This document shows, in pieces, positions 39,580-48,932 of a stretch of DNA of 64,000 nucleotides; the first letter of the stretch is position 1, and each line of letters begins with the position of its first letter. Location: the NCBI GenBank assembly GCA_963804995.1, contig CAWDSK010000005.1, positions 192,001-256,000 on the forward strand. Direction: 5' to 3'. The notes under the pieces are model-generated. The model was not told where the DNA came from. It worked only from the letters and a program-made list of their open reading frames with translations, and searched no databases. Origin of the DNA: an uncultured Acidobacteriota bacterium (GTDB lineage Bacteria > Acidobacteriota > Terriglobia > UBA7540). The position numbers and the translations under genes were made by a program.

Positions 39580-42500
39580 ATGAATGCCGCCCAACGATCC
39601 GACGGCTGCGTCCGCTTCGGCGCCTTCGAATTCAACCCTCAGACCGGGGAGCTGCTCAAGTATGGCTTGAAGATCAAGCTGTCCGGGCAGCCGATTGAAC
39701 TTCTCGCCATGTTGCTGGAGCGACCCGGACAACTGGTTACGCGCGAGGACTTGCAGAAGCGGCTCTGGCCCCACGATACCGTGGTGGAATTCGAGCACAG
39801 CATCAACGCCGCCATCAATCGTCTGCGCGAAGCCTTAAGTGATTCCGCCGATGAGCCGCACTACGTGGAGACGCTGCCGCGCCGGGGATATCGGTTCATA
39901 TTTCCCGTCGAGGACGGAGGCGAGGCAACTCCTCCCGGCAAGGCACCCGAGGCCGATGCCGCGCCTCCCTCCCAAGCTCCGCCGGCCGATCTGGTGGGAA
40001 GCACAGTTTCGCACTATCGAATTCACGAGGAGATCGGCAGCGGGGGAATGGGGGTTGTGTACCGGGCGGAGGACGTCAATCTGGGCCGCCCAGTGGCGCT
40101 GAAATTTCTTCCCCGGGAACTGGCGACAGAGCCCAAGGCCCTGGGCCGATTCCAGCGTGAGGCTCGCGCGGCCTCCGCCCTCAATCATCCCAACATCTGT
40201 ACGATCTACGAAGTGGGCGAGCACGAGGGCCGTCCTTTTATCGCCATGGAACTCCTGGAGGGCGAGACGCTAAAGGACAGGCTTGTAGCGCAGGGCCCGC
40301 CCTCCGGCCCTGCGGGTTTTCAAGCGAATCAAGTTGAAGGGCCGCAACGCCGGACAACGGGCGTTGCGCTACAGCTTAACGAAATTCTCAACCTCGCCAG
40401 CCAAATTGCCGACGCCTTGGAGGCGGCCCATGCAAAGGGGATCATCCATCGGGACATCAAGCCAGCGAATATCTTTGTCACCCCGCGAGGTCAAGCCAAG
40501 GTTCTCGACTTCGGCCTCGCGAAAGTAGCGCTGCCGTCCTCGGCGGCTCCCGGTGCCGGCCAGAGGCCGGCGCTACCAACCGCGGCGGAGGAATCGCTGA
40601 GCAGTCTGGGCGTGGCGGTGGGCACGGCCGCCTACATGTCGCCGGAGCAGGCGCGCGGCGAAGAGATCGACGCGCGAACAGACCTATTCAGCTTCGGCGC
40701 GGTGCTCTATGAGATGGCGACGGGGAGGCAGCCGTTCGCGGGCAACACCTCGGCGGTCATCTTCAATGCGATTCTGAGCCAAGCGCCGGTCTCTCCCGTC
40801 AGTCTGAATCCCACCCTGCCTCCCAAACTCGAGGAGATCATCAATAAGGCGCTGGAGAAAGACCGGGGGCTGCGTTACCAGTCGGCTGGAGACATGCGCG
40901 CCGACCTCCAACGCTTGAAACGCGATACGGATTCCGGAGGGGCTGTAGCGGCGATCTCTGATCGCCGCGCGGCGGTGGGGACACCGCCGCTACAGAAACG
41001 TCGCCGGCTGGCGATTGCCTTGGCCGGTGCGGTCGTCATTGCTGCGGCGGTTCTCGCCTACTGGCTCACGCGCCCCCTTGCGCCCCCGCCCGAACTGAAG
41101 GAGCGACGACTCACCGCGAATCCCAGCGAAAACCCCGTATATCTGGGTGCGATTTCGCCGGATGGGAAATACTTGGCCTACAGCGACCAAATGGGATTGC
41201 ACCTAAAGCTCATTCAGACCGGAGAGGTACTCAACATTCCTCAACCCGAAGGGCGGGCGCCGGACTTCGATAATTGGTGGCCGAATGGATGGTTTCCCGA
41301 CGGCACGAAGTTCATTGCCGCCGGCATACGAGTCCGGAAAGCCCACAAGCGGCTGGGTTATTTCAGTCATGGGCGGACCGCCGCGTAAGCTTCGCGACGA
41401 TGCCGAGCCTTTGGTCCGTCTCGCCGGATGGCAACCTGATTGCCTTCGGAACCGGCAAGGTTCTGTCCGCTATCGCGAGATCTGGCTGATGGGCGCACAG
41501 GGAGAAGAACCACGCAGATTTGTATCCGGTTCTGAAGACGACGGGTTCTTCTGGGCGGCGTGGTCGCCAGATGGCCAGCGAATCGCCTACGCGAGAATTC
41601 ACCGCATGCCTGACAAACTCGAATGTTCCATTGAGAGTCGCGACCTGAAAGGAGGCCAGCCCACTGTCATATTATCCGGCCCGAGATGTGCGACCGACGC
41701 AATTCTTGTGGTTTCCGAGTGGTCGCTTTGTTTACGCTATGGCTGAACCTGAGTCGGGAGGTCGAGCATCGATTCGGCATGAAAGCAATCTTTGGGAAGT
41801 GCGAGTGGATACGAAGACTGGCAAACCTGTAAGCAAACCAAGACGAATCACGAACTGGGCGGAAACCGGGCTACTCGGTATTGGCGGAACCTCGGACGGA
41901 AAGCAGTTGGCCGTTACAAGAAGTACCGTCCAGAGCCATGTTGACATTGGGGAACTGGAAGCCGGAGGTCGCCGTTTGAAGAACCCGCATCGTCTAACGC
42001 TGGAAGAGTCCAGGAATTTTCCCTGCCATTGGATGCCGGATGGCAAAGCCGTCCTTTTTCAATCCAATCGCAACGGTACGTGGGGCATCTATAAACAGGG
42101 GTTGGATCAAACCACAGCCCAGCCGGTCGTCACCGGCCCTGACTATAAGGATTGGGCCGTGGTGAGCCCGGATGGTTCCTGGATTCTGTACTTGTCCAGC
42201 GCAACTGGCGAGGTTAGTCCCGCCACCCCGGTACGTATTATGCGCGTGCCCACCTCGGGTGGAGCACCGCAATTGGTGCTGGAGGGACGAGGCATCGACT
42301 ACTTGGCCTGTGCGCGGTCTCCGGCGGCTTTGTGTGTCTTCAGCGAGCAGAGTCCGGACCACAAACAACTCATCTTCTCGGCCTTCGAGCCGTCGCAAGA
42401 ACAGAGGAGGCGGGAGCTTACCAGGGTTAATCTCAAGCAGCCGGTCGAGAGCAGGATATGGCTGGGACCTATCCCTTGACGGTTCGGACCTCGCATTTGC

Positions 42501-42818
42501 ACAGTGGGACAAGCGCGAGGGCCGAATCCAAATCCTGCCGTTGGATGGCGGGGAGGTTCGCGAGGTCAATGTCAGAGGTTGGAATGGCCTCTTCCGCGTG
42601 TTCTGGGCAGCGGACGGCAGGGGCCTGTTTGTCTCATCCAACCCAACTCAAGTGGCCACGCTCCTCTACGTGGATTTGGAAGGTCGCGGTCAAGTAATCT
42701 GGCAGCGGTCCCCTGGTCCTTCGACGAGGCTCGGGGTATCCCCTCCCCAGACGGTCGTTACCTGGCGGTGTCAGTGAATGCAGTCGATAGCAACGTGTGG
42801 TTGCTGGAGAACTTCTGA
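39580..42818 (+). pseudogene. Winged-helix (CadC/OmpR) + Ser/Thr kinase + TM + TolB-like beta-propeller; about six frameshifts in the propeller
   Basis: [35 protein letters not shown] repeats spread over three frames to NVWLLENF*. Confidence 0.8.
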
Positions 42819-42910
42819 GAGCAGTGACAAGTGACGAGTGACAATTGACAAGTGACGAGCTAGTATTCAACCATCAGCTTTCGCGCGGACGGCTTCGCAG
42901 CGGACCTCGC

Positions 42911-42964
42911 CGCTCCGACTCGCGCTTCCAGGACCTGCCGCGCCGCATGAATCTCCCACCATAG
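42911..42964 (+). pseudogene. Kinase/TPR paralog C-terminal tail
   Basis: RSDSRFQDLPRRMNLPP*. Confidence 0.55.
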
Positions 42965-43400
42965 TGCTCCATTTGCCTGAGCAGGTGATTTCGGTGCGAG
43001 TTGAAATGCCAGGTTAGCGGCGGCATGAACGCGGCGAATTGGGCTGGCCCAAGTCCCCAGCACCCATGATGCTTTAAGTGGCTCATCGGCAAACGGTTGG
43101 TGCGGTTTCTCCGTATTTCTCCCCATAAGTCGCCAAGGGTTTACCGATGATTGGGCAGGGTTAATCCAAGATTCTGCACGGTCTGACCGGGGGCGCCGAA
43201 ACAATCCACTTGGCCGTAGTGCGGCCTATGCTCGGATGTGGCGCCTGGGGGTTCCGGGCGCATGGTCGGCCACTCGGCAGTTGGCCCACGCCAGCGCATA
43301 TTCCTCCTGCCTTGTCGCTAGCCCCGTGTTTTTGACCGCCTAGGTTGCGATTCAATTCAAACCCACTATCGAAAAATCTGTAGAGTCTGATGTAGAGTTT

Positions 43401-43639
43401 CTAGTGTGGTGTCCCGTGTTAGAGTTGACAATGGGTAGAACCCCCTCACCCCCACGACAAGCAGAACGTGGGGCCCCCTTCTGGCCTCGGCTGATGAGAA
43501 CGCCTCGGCCAGCCACCCTCTCCCCAAAGGGGCGAGGGCAAGAAAATTAACTCTCCCCTCGGTCGCCGCGGCGACAGAGGGGCTGGGGGGTGAGGGGGTT
43601 GGACAGCCTTGTCAAATATTAACCGGGACACCACACTAG
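43401..43639. mobile_element. CTAG-flanked MITE (TIR TGTGGTGTCCCG...TTGACA)
   Basis: ctagtgtggtgtcccgtgttagagttgaca ... tgtcaaatattaaccgggacaccacactag. Confidence 0.85.
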
Positions 43640-43757
43640 AGGGCAGCCCCCGTCACTGATGTCGTGACCGTGGGTCTTTCTTTTTTGCACGTCGCAAAAG
43701 CTCACGGTCAGGAAATCGCTGGGTGCGGCTGCCCGCTCAGTCGCGGACGGGGCAGTG

Positions 43758-43827
43758 GAGCAGTAGGCAGAAAGCGGAAGGCAGAAAGCAGTAGGCAAAA
43801 GGCAGAAAGCGGAGGGCAGAAAGCAGT
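43758..43827 (+). repeat. Heptamer repeat (GCAGAAA/GCGGAAG)n
   Basis: Same family as the PolB2 C-terminal repeat at 27112-27178. Confidence 0.85.
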
Positions 43828-43901
43828 TGTCGACCGCACCATGACAGGGCTCACAGACCACGGCCCCCCAGCGCGGGCAACCAGAGGTGCTAAAGAAATA
43901 G

Positions 43902-44031
43902 CCACCACCCCGGCGCCACCGTAACCACCCCGTCGCCTACGGCGCCACCCCTCCTGAATCAGGAGGGGAGTTCCTAAAAACACTCCCCGCCTCAGATGAG
44001 GAGGGGTGGCGCGCCGAGCGCCGGGGTGGTG
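43902..44031. repeat. REP pair (CCACCCCGGCGC...GCGCCGGGGTGG)
   Basis: Nested palindromes cccctcctgaatcaggagggg and ccccgcctcagatgaggagggg. Confidence 0.7.
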
Positions 44032-44152
44032 CTGAAAAGGGGACAAAGGGGTCGTGCTGACAGGAGGTTTCCCTCCTCTATTTTTCCAGCAGGAGTATAA
44101 TGAGCCCGGATAGTGGCCCGGCGAGCCCTCGCATGGTTGGAGGTTTGACTCC

Positions 44153-44335
44153 ATGGCGCGTGTCTTTACCCAGCAGCAGCTTGCAGATTTCCTGTTTGAC
44201 CGCATCATCGTAAATTGCCCTAAATGTCTTGAGACCGGCTGCCTGAAGCTTGCTTGCACACTGGTGGCGGAAGAGCTGATTGAAGAAGCTGACATCGTTC
44301 ACAAGCTCGAACCTGTTTCGGATGGCGGGGCGTGA
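44153..44335 (+). CDS. Small Cys-containing hypothetical protein
   Basis: GGAGG RBS; TATAAT about 55 nt upstream; CPKC-x4-C-x4-C. Confidence 0.5.
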   Translation: MARVFTQQQLADFLFDRIIVNCPKCLETGCLKLACTLVAEELIEEADIVHKLEPVSDGGA

Positions 44336-44415
44336 GACGATGATGGCGGTGCAGAACTGAATGTGGAAGGCTACGGGTCGAAGGATGGAAGGTTCACCTC
44401 TTCGACCTTTGGCTA

Positions 44416-45138
44416 TTAACTTTCGACCTTTCCTAATCCCAACCCCGGTTCGGCCTCGGGTTTTTTCCGCATCGACCAGGGTCCCAGCCAAACCAGCGCT
44501 ACGGCGTCGATCAGCCAGTGCGCGAGCATAGAGGGGTAGAGACTCCCGATCTCGACCACGGGATAAGCGAGTAGTGCTCCTAACAATCCTGCGCGGGTCA
44601 TGCCGCTCCAGCCCTGGTAGAAATGCGCCATCCCAAACGCTACCGAGCACACCACCCAAGCCCACGGCACAGAGTGAAACCACACGGTCAGTTGCGTCAG
44701 AAGAAATCCCCGGAAGAGAAACTCTTCGCAAAACGCCGCGGTGGGCGCCAGGATGAGAACCGACCAGACCTTCTCGCGCGTGGTCTCGGGAATCAGCAGG
44801 TAGACGAGTTCCGATTCTGGCGGCAGCCACCCGCGGTGTTCACAAAAAATGACCACGCCGAGTGCCAGAAGCGAGCCGGCAGCGATCGCGGCGGACCATC
44901 GAACCAAGTCGAATAGCGGGATTCTTTGAAAACCCTGCACAAACACCGGGCGCGCGACCAGGAACACCACTCCCAATCCCAGGAAGGTTAGCAGCCATTG
45001 GGAGACAATTGCGGATAGGTAAAGCGCCAAGCGGGGCATTTCCCGGATTTGGCGATTGCGTGCGGTGGAGGCGGAGAGCGCGGGCACTCCCACCACCAGC
45101 AATCCGGTGAAGAGGGCGGCTATGAGTACTCTAAACAT
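44416..45138 (-). CDS. CPBP (CAAX/Abi) intramembrane metalloprotease
   Basis: EEFLFRG, FGMAHFYQG, AHWLID. Confidence 0.9.
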   Translation of the reverse strand: MFRVLIAALFTGLLVVGVPALSASTARNRQIREMPRLALYLSAIVSQWLLTFLGLGVVFLVARPVFVQGFQRIPLFDLVRWSAAIAAGSLLALGVVIFCEHRGWLPPESELVYLLIPETTREKVWSVLILAPTAAFCEEFLFRGFLLTQLTVWFHSVPWAWVVCSVAFGMAHFYQGWSGMTRAGLLGALLAYPVVEIGSLYPSMLAHWLIDAVALVWLGPWSMRKKPEAEPGLGLGKVES

Positions 45139-45237
45139 GCCTCAGCTCGCAAAGCTGCCAACCCCTAGTGTCCTGAGTCAGAAGTTCACTGACAAAGTCT
45201 CACTGGGTTCAAAGGCGACCCCCTCACCCCCGGCCCC

Positions 45238-46627
45238 CATAGGCGCTAGAATAGCTCATTCGATGCTCCTAGGCGAAGTTGTTGCGCGTGGAGGAGGCGG
45301 TTCATAAGGAGCGAGAGCGGGTGCCGGAATTTTTCTCGATCGTAGATTCGTTTTCGAGGTGCCTCGGTTAAAGCCTGACGCGCCAGGGGCCAGCGATGTT
45401 GTTTAACCCGCAAGGAGAAGGTCCCGTAAATGGCCAGGATCAAATCCAAATGGTGCAGATGCACCCATCGCCACAGGCTAAGCCGCGACGCTCCGGCAGC
45501 GGGGAACTCCCCAGGGGGAAATAGAAACGGCCTCCTCATGCAAACACTGAATCAGGGCCACCTCAATCAACTTGGCCAGACAGTAGGTGCGCACCAAGCC
45601 GGGGTCGAAGGCGCGGAGCTGATCAAAATGCAAGAGGCCTTTGCAGCGTTTAAAGAACAGCTCAATCTGCCAGCGGATGCGGTAGAGTTCCAGGACCACG
45701 TCGTCACTGGCGAGGGCTTCCGGCAAAGTGGTCAGCACACAGAAATAGCCGGCCAGACGCAAGGCGGTGGCCTGCGGGGTGCGGCCTTTTTTGGCGGCAT
45801 TGCGGCGCAAGCGCTGACGGCTGCGGTGGGCTGCTTCGCTGGGCAGAGGGCGAATCAGCAGTCGCACCGGAGCAGGGGCTTTACCCGAAAGGGGGACATA
45901 TGCAACGGTCCCCGTATCTCCAGCGTCCGCCCTTTTCAAGGTCTGGTTCAGATTCAGAGGCTGTCCCTGGGCGTCGTGCAGCCGAATATTCTGCCAATGC
46001 ATGCGCAGCAGAACATAGGCTCCGGCTTCGCTCACCGCATGAATACCTTGGGCGCGCGCCAATCCCCGGTCCCCGCAGACAATGTCCCCCGGCTGCGGGC
46101 GGTCGCGATCCAAGCGCTCGCCGCCCTGGTGGTCGGTAATCTCCACCCGTCGGAGACGACACTGGGCGGGATCATAGACGGCATGCAAACGCCAATCCGT
46201 TCCTTGGCTGCCGGGGATGCTCAGCACGGTGGCGTCGAGGATCCGAAAGGCTGGCCCCGGGGCAGGCTCGGCCCGCAGTCGCTGCGTCAGCAGATGCGCC
46301 AAGACTCGCTCCAGCAGAGGAGGAGCCTTGCGCAAACGATGCAGGATAGAGGTGTCCTTGAGCTCCAGAGCCGCCTGGGCGGACCAAGCCGCCGTGCTCC
46401 GCAAAGAGAGGTCTTCGATGGCATATGCTAGAATAACTCTCAATAACTCCTCACCGCTCTTAAGGTTGCGCCATCGCGCCACGGCTCCACTGCGCTTAGC
46501 CAACTCACTCATATTGGCTGGCAAATACTGGCATAGATACTTCCAGTCGGTATCCATTAGATTCTTGTTCATGCCAGAAGCATACATCAGCAGCAGAATA
46601 AGTCAATTTCTTATTCTAGCGCATATG
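45238..46627 (-). mobile_element. Intact IS4-family insertion sequence with 11-bp target duplication
   Basis: TIR CATA(G/T)GCGCTAGAATA; direct repeats CCCCCGGCCCC at 45227-45237 and 46628-46638. Confidence 0.9.
45478..46572 (-). CDS. IS4-family DDE transposase
   Basis: ILDAT, GDRG, YRIRWQIELFFK (YREK motif). Confidence 0.92.
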   Translation of the reverse strand: MNKNLMDTDWKYLCQYLPANMSELAKRSGAVARWRNLKSGEELLRVILAYAIEDLSLRSTAAWSAQAALELKDTSILHRLRKAPPLLERVLAHLLTQRLRAEPAPGPAFRILDATVLSIPGSQGTDWRLHAVYDPAQCRLRRVEITDHQGGERLDRDRPQPGDIVCGDRGLARAQGIHAVSEAGAYVLLRMHWQNIRLHDAQGQPLNLNQTLKRADAGDTGTVAYVPLSGKAPAPVRLLIRPLPSEAAHRSRQRLRRNAAKKGRTPQATALRLAGYFCVLTTLPEALASDDVVLELYRIRWQIELFFKRCKGLLHFDQLRAFDPGLVRTYCLAKLIEVALIQCLHEEAVSISPWGVPRCRSVAA

Positions 46628-47096
46628 CCCCCGGCCCCTCTGTCACCGCGGCGACAGAGGGGAGAGTTAATCTGAATTTGTCGCCCTCGCCCCTTTGGGG
46701 GAGAGGGTGGACCGCCACCGGCATTTTCATCAGCCGGGGCGGGACGGGCCTACGCCCTCCGAAGGGATACCTGGGAGCACTAAACAAGTTCAGCTTCGGC
46801 CCGCAGGCGGGTGAGGGGGTTCTCTAATAATCAGCGAACTTCTGACTCAGGACACTAGCGGGTTAATTCCAAAATCATCCGCACTATAAGGATTCCCGGA
46901 GTCAATTGCAAATCCTCTGCTGCCTTTTGCCCTTTGCCGTTGCTTTTCTAGATTCGCCGCGCCGTATTCTCTATTCCATCTCCGCCCTTGGCCGGTCGAT
47001 TTTCCTTCGGGTCTGGGAGCTCCGTATTAGAACCATGGATGAAGAAGGCTCAGACCTGCACCATCGTCAGCGCAATAGATACGCGCCCATAACCGC

Positions 47097-47672
47097 TCAA
47101 CAACGATCCCGCACCGTTTCGATCGAGGCATCCTCGGGACCCATCAACCATTGCAAGCAGTAGCCATCCACCAAGGCGCGGATGGTCGCGGCCGCGTCCT
47201 GGGGATTCACGCGACGAAATTGTTGCTCCTCGATTCCCAGTTCCACGATACCCGCATCGCGCTGGCGGCAGGCCTCAAAAAAGGCGGCAAAGAGGGTTTT
47301 GAAACGTTCCAGGCGCGAACCCAAAGCCACAAAGTCAAACAACACGAGGTAGAGCTTGCGGTTGACCTCCGCACTGTGAAAAAGGACTTCCAGCTCCGAC
47401 ACCAGCTTGCCTCGCGCCGAACTCTGCGCGCGGACAACCTCATCGAGCGTGCGATCCAACTGCCGCAGGAGCCACTCCAGAACTCCGCAAAACAAGTCCT
47501 CTTTCGTGGGGAAGTAGTAAAGTGCTCCACCCTTGCTGGAATTAGCGCGGGCGACCACTGAGTCGAGGGTCGTCCCCTGGATTCCCTTGTCCAAGATTTC
47601 AGCATAGCCGGCCTTCACCAAGGCTTCGCGGCGGCGGTCAGCAAGTTCCGGGTTAGCTTTTCTGGGACTCAT
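47097..47672 (-). CDS. TetR-family regulator (possibly shortened by a nonsense codon)
   Basis: HTH SKGGALYYFPTKEDL; in-frame AVMGAYLLR* follows the TGA. Confidence 0.85.
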   Translation of the reverse strand: MSPRKANPELADRRREALVKAGYAEILDKGIQGTTLDSVVARANSSKGGALYYFPTKEDLFCGVLEWLLRQLDRTLDEVVRAQSSARGKLVSELEVLFHSAEVNRKLYLVLFDFVALGSRLERFKTLFAAFFEACRQRDAGIVELGIEEQQFRRVNPQDAAATIRALVDGYCLQWLMGPEDASIETVRDRC

Positions 47673-47853
47673 ATTACCCCTCTCATTCAAAAGGCGTCTG
47701 GACGGATTATTAATAAACAGACATTTTTGTCAAGATATTTCAGCATGGTCATAAGGCCTTAACTAGCCTGTCACCGTAGGTTCAATCGAATCAAAAGGTT
47801 ATCTTGAACGCGCACCCCCCAGAATGGTATTATGCGGGGTTGTGCGGGCTATT

Positions 47854-48927
47854 ATGGGTCTAGTCATCACAAAGCGCAATCTCCTGGGGTACGACTTGGC
47901 GGAACTGGAGGATTTTGTCACGACCCGTGGCCAGCCTCGCTATCGGGGACGTCAGCTTTACCACGGGATCTACGCGCGGCGCATTCGCGATTTTGCCGGG
48001 CTCACCGACCTTTCGAGCGATTTCCGGGAATCGCTCCAGGCTGATTCACCGATTGTATATCCGCAGGTTCAGCGCGAGTTTCGTTCCCGAGATAAGTCCG
48101 TCCGATACCTGTTTGACTTGGGCGACCACAATTCCGTTGAAACCGTTTACATGCCGGAAGAGCGACGCACCACGCTTTGTCTGTCAAGCCAGGTGGGCTG
48201 CGCACTGGATTGCCGGTTTTGTTTCACCGCGTTGTTGGGGGCCAAGCGCAATCTGACGGCCGGGGAAATCCTTGGCCAAGTGCTGGCGGTGGCTGCGGCG
48301 GAGAGTCTTCCCCGCGCCGGGCGGCTCAACCTGGTTTTCATGGGGATGGGTGAACCTTTGCTCAACCTTCCTCAGGTTCTGAAAGCCGTCAAGATCCTCG
48401 CCGATCCCAAAGGTGTGGGCGTGGCGCTCCGGCGCATCACCATTTCGACCGTAGGGATCATCCCCCGCATCGAGGAGCTGGCGCGCGAGCCCGTGCGCCC
48501 CAAGTTGGCGGTTTCACTGAATGCCTCGCACGATGAGCAGCGCAGCGTCTTGATGCCGATTAACCAGAAATATCCCTTGGCGGATCTGCTGGACGTTTGC
48601 CGCAGCTATCCCTTGCGGCCCTGGGAACGGCTGACGTTTGAATATGTAATGATCGAGGGCTGCAATGATTCCGACGCCGACGCCCGGCGCGTCGCGGACC
48701 TGCTGCAGGACCTGCGCGCCAAGGTTAATCTGATTCCCTATAATTCCGGCCCTGGTCTTCCTTACCGCGCCTCCCCTTTGGAGCGTGTGCTCGCGTTCCA
48801 ACAAATCCTCACCGACCGCCGCATCCCGACGTTCATTCGCATTTCCCGTGGCCAGGACATTCGCGCTGCCTGCGGGCAGCTCAGCCTCGAAGGCTTGGGG
48901 CAAGGCGCCTCTTCTCGCCCGGCTTAG
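47854..48927 (+). CDS. rlmN: 23S rRNA m2A2503 / tRNA methyltransferase RlmN
   Basis: CLSSQVGCALDCRFC, MGMGEP, EYV, AACGQL. Confidence 0.96.
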   Translation: MGLVITKRNLLGYDLAELEDFVTTRGQPRYRGRQLYHGIYARRIRDFAGLTDLSSDFRESLQADSPIVYPQVQREFRSRDKSVRYLFDLGDHNSVETVYMPEERRTTLCLSSQVGCALDCRFCFTALLGAKRNLTAGEILGQVLAVAAAESLPRAGRLNLVFMGMGEPLLNLPQVLKAVKILADPKGVGVALRRITISTVGIIPRIEELAREPVRPKLAVSLNASHDEQRSVLMPINQKYPLADLLDVCRSYPLRPWERLTFEYVMIEGCNDSDADARRVADLLQDLRAKVNLIPYNSGPGLPYRASPLERVLAFQQILTDRRIPTFIRISRGQDIRAACGQLSLEGLGQGASSRPA

Positions 48928-48932
48928 TCGTC

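Larger units (their letters stand above)
45165..46858. mobile_element. CTAG-flanked MITE (TIR TGTCCTGAGTCAGAAGTTC) interrupted by IS4
   Basis: ctagtgtcctgagtcagaagttcactga ... tcagcgaacttctgactcaggacactag. Confidence 0.88.

Noticed and set aside
41320..42818. Diversity-generating retroelement target
   Set aside because: No reverse transcriptase or template/variable repeat pair in the window; the changes are indels rather than adenine substitutions.
42865..43025. attC site after the kinase gene
   Set aside because: Only partial resemblance; the middle is explained by a kinase/TPR gene tail and the arms do not pair.
47067..47099. Selenocysteine recoding
   Set aside because: No redox context in a TetR protein and no convincing SECIS hairpin after the TGA.
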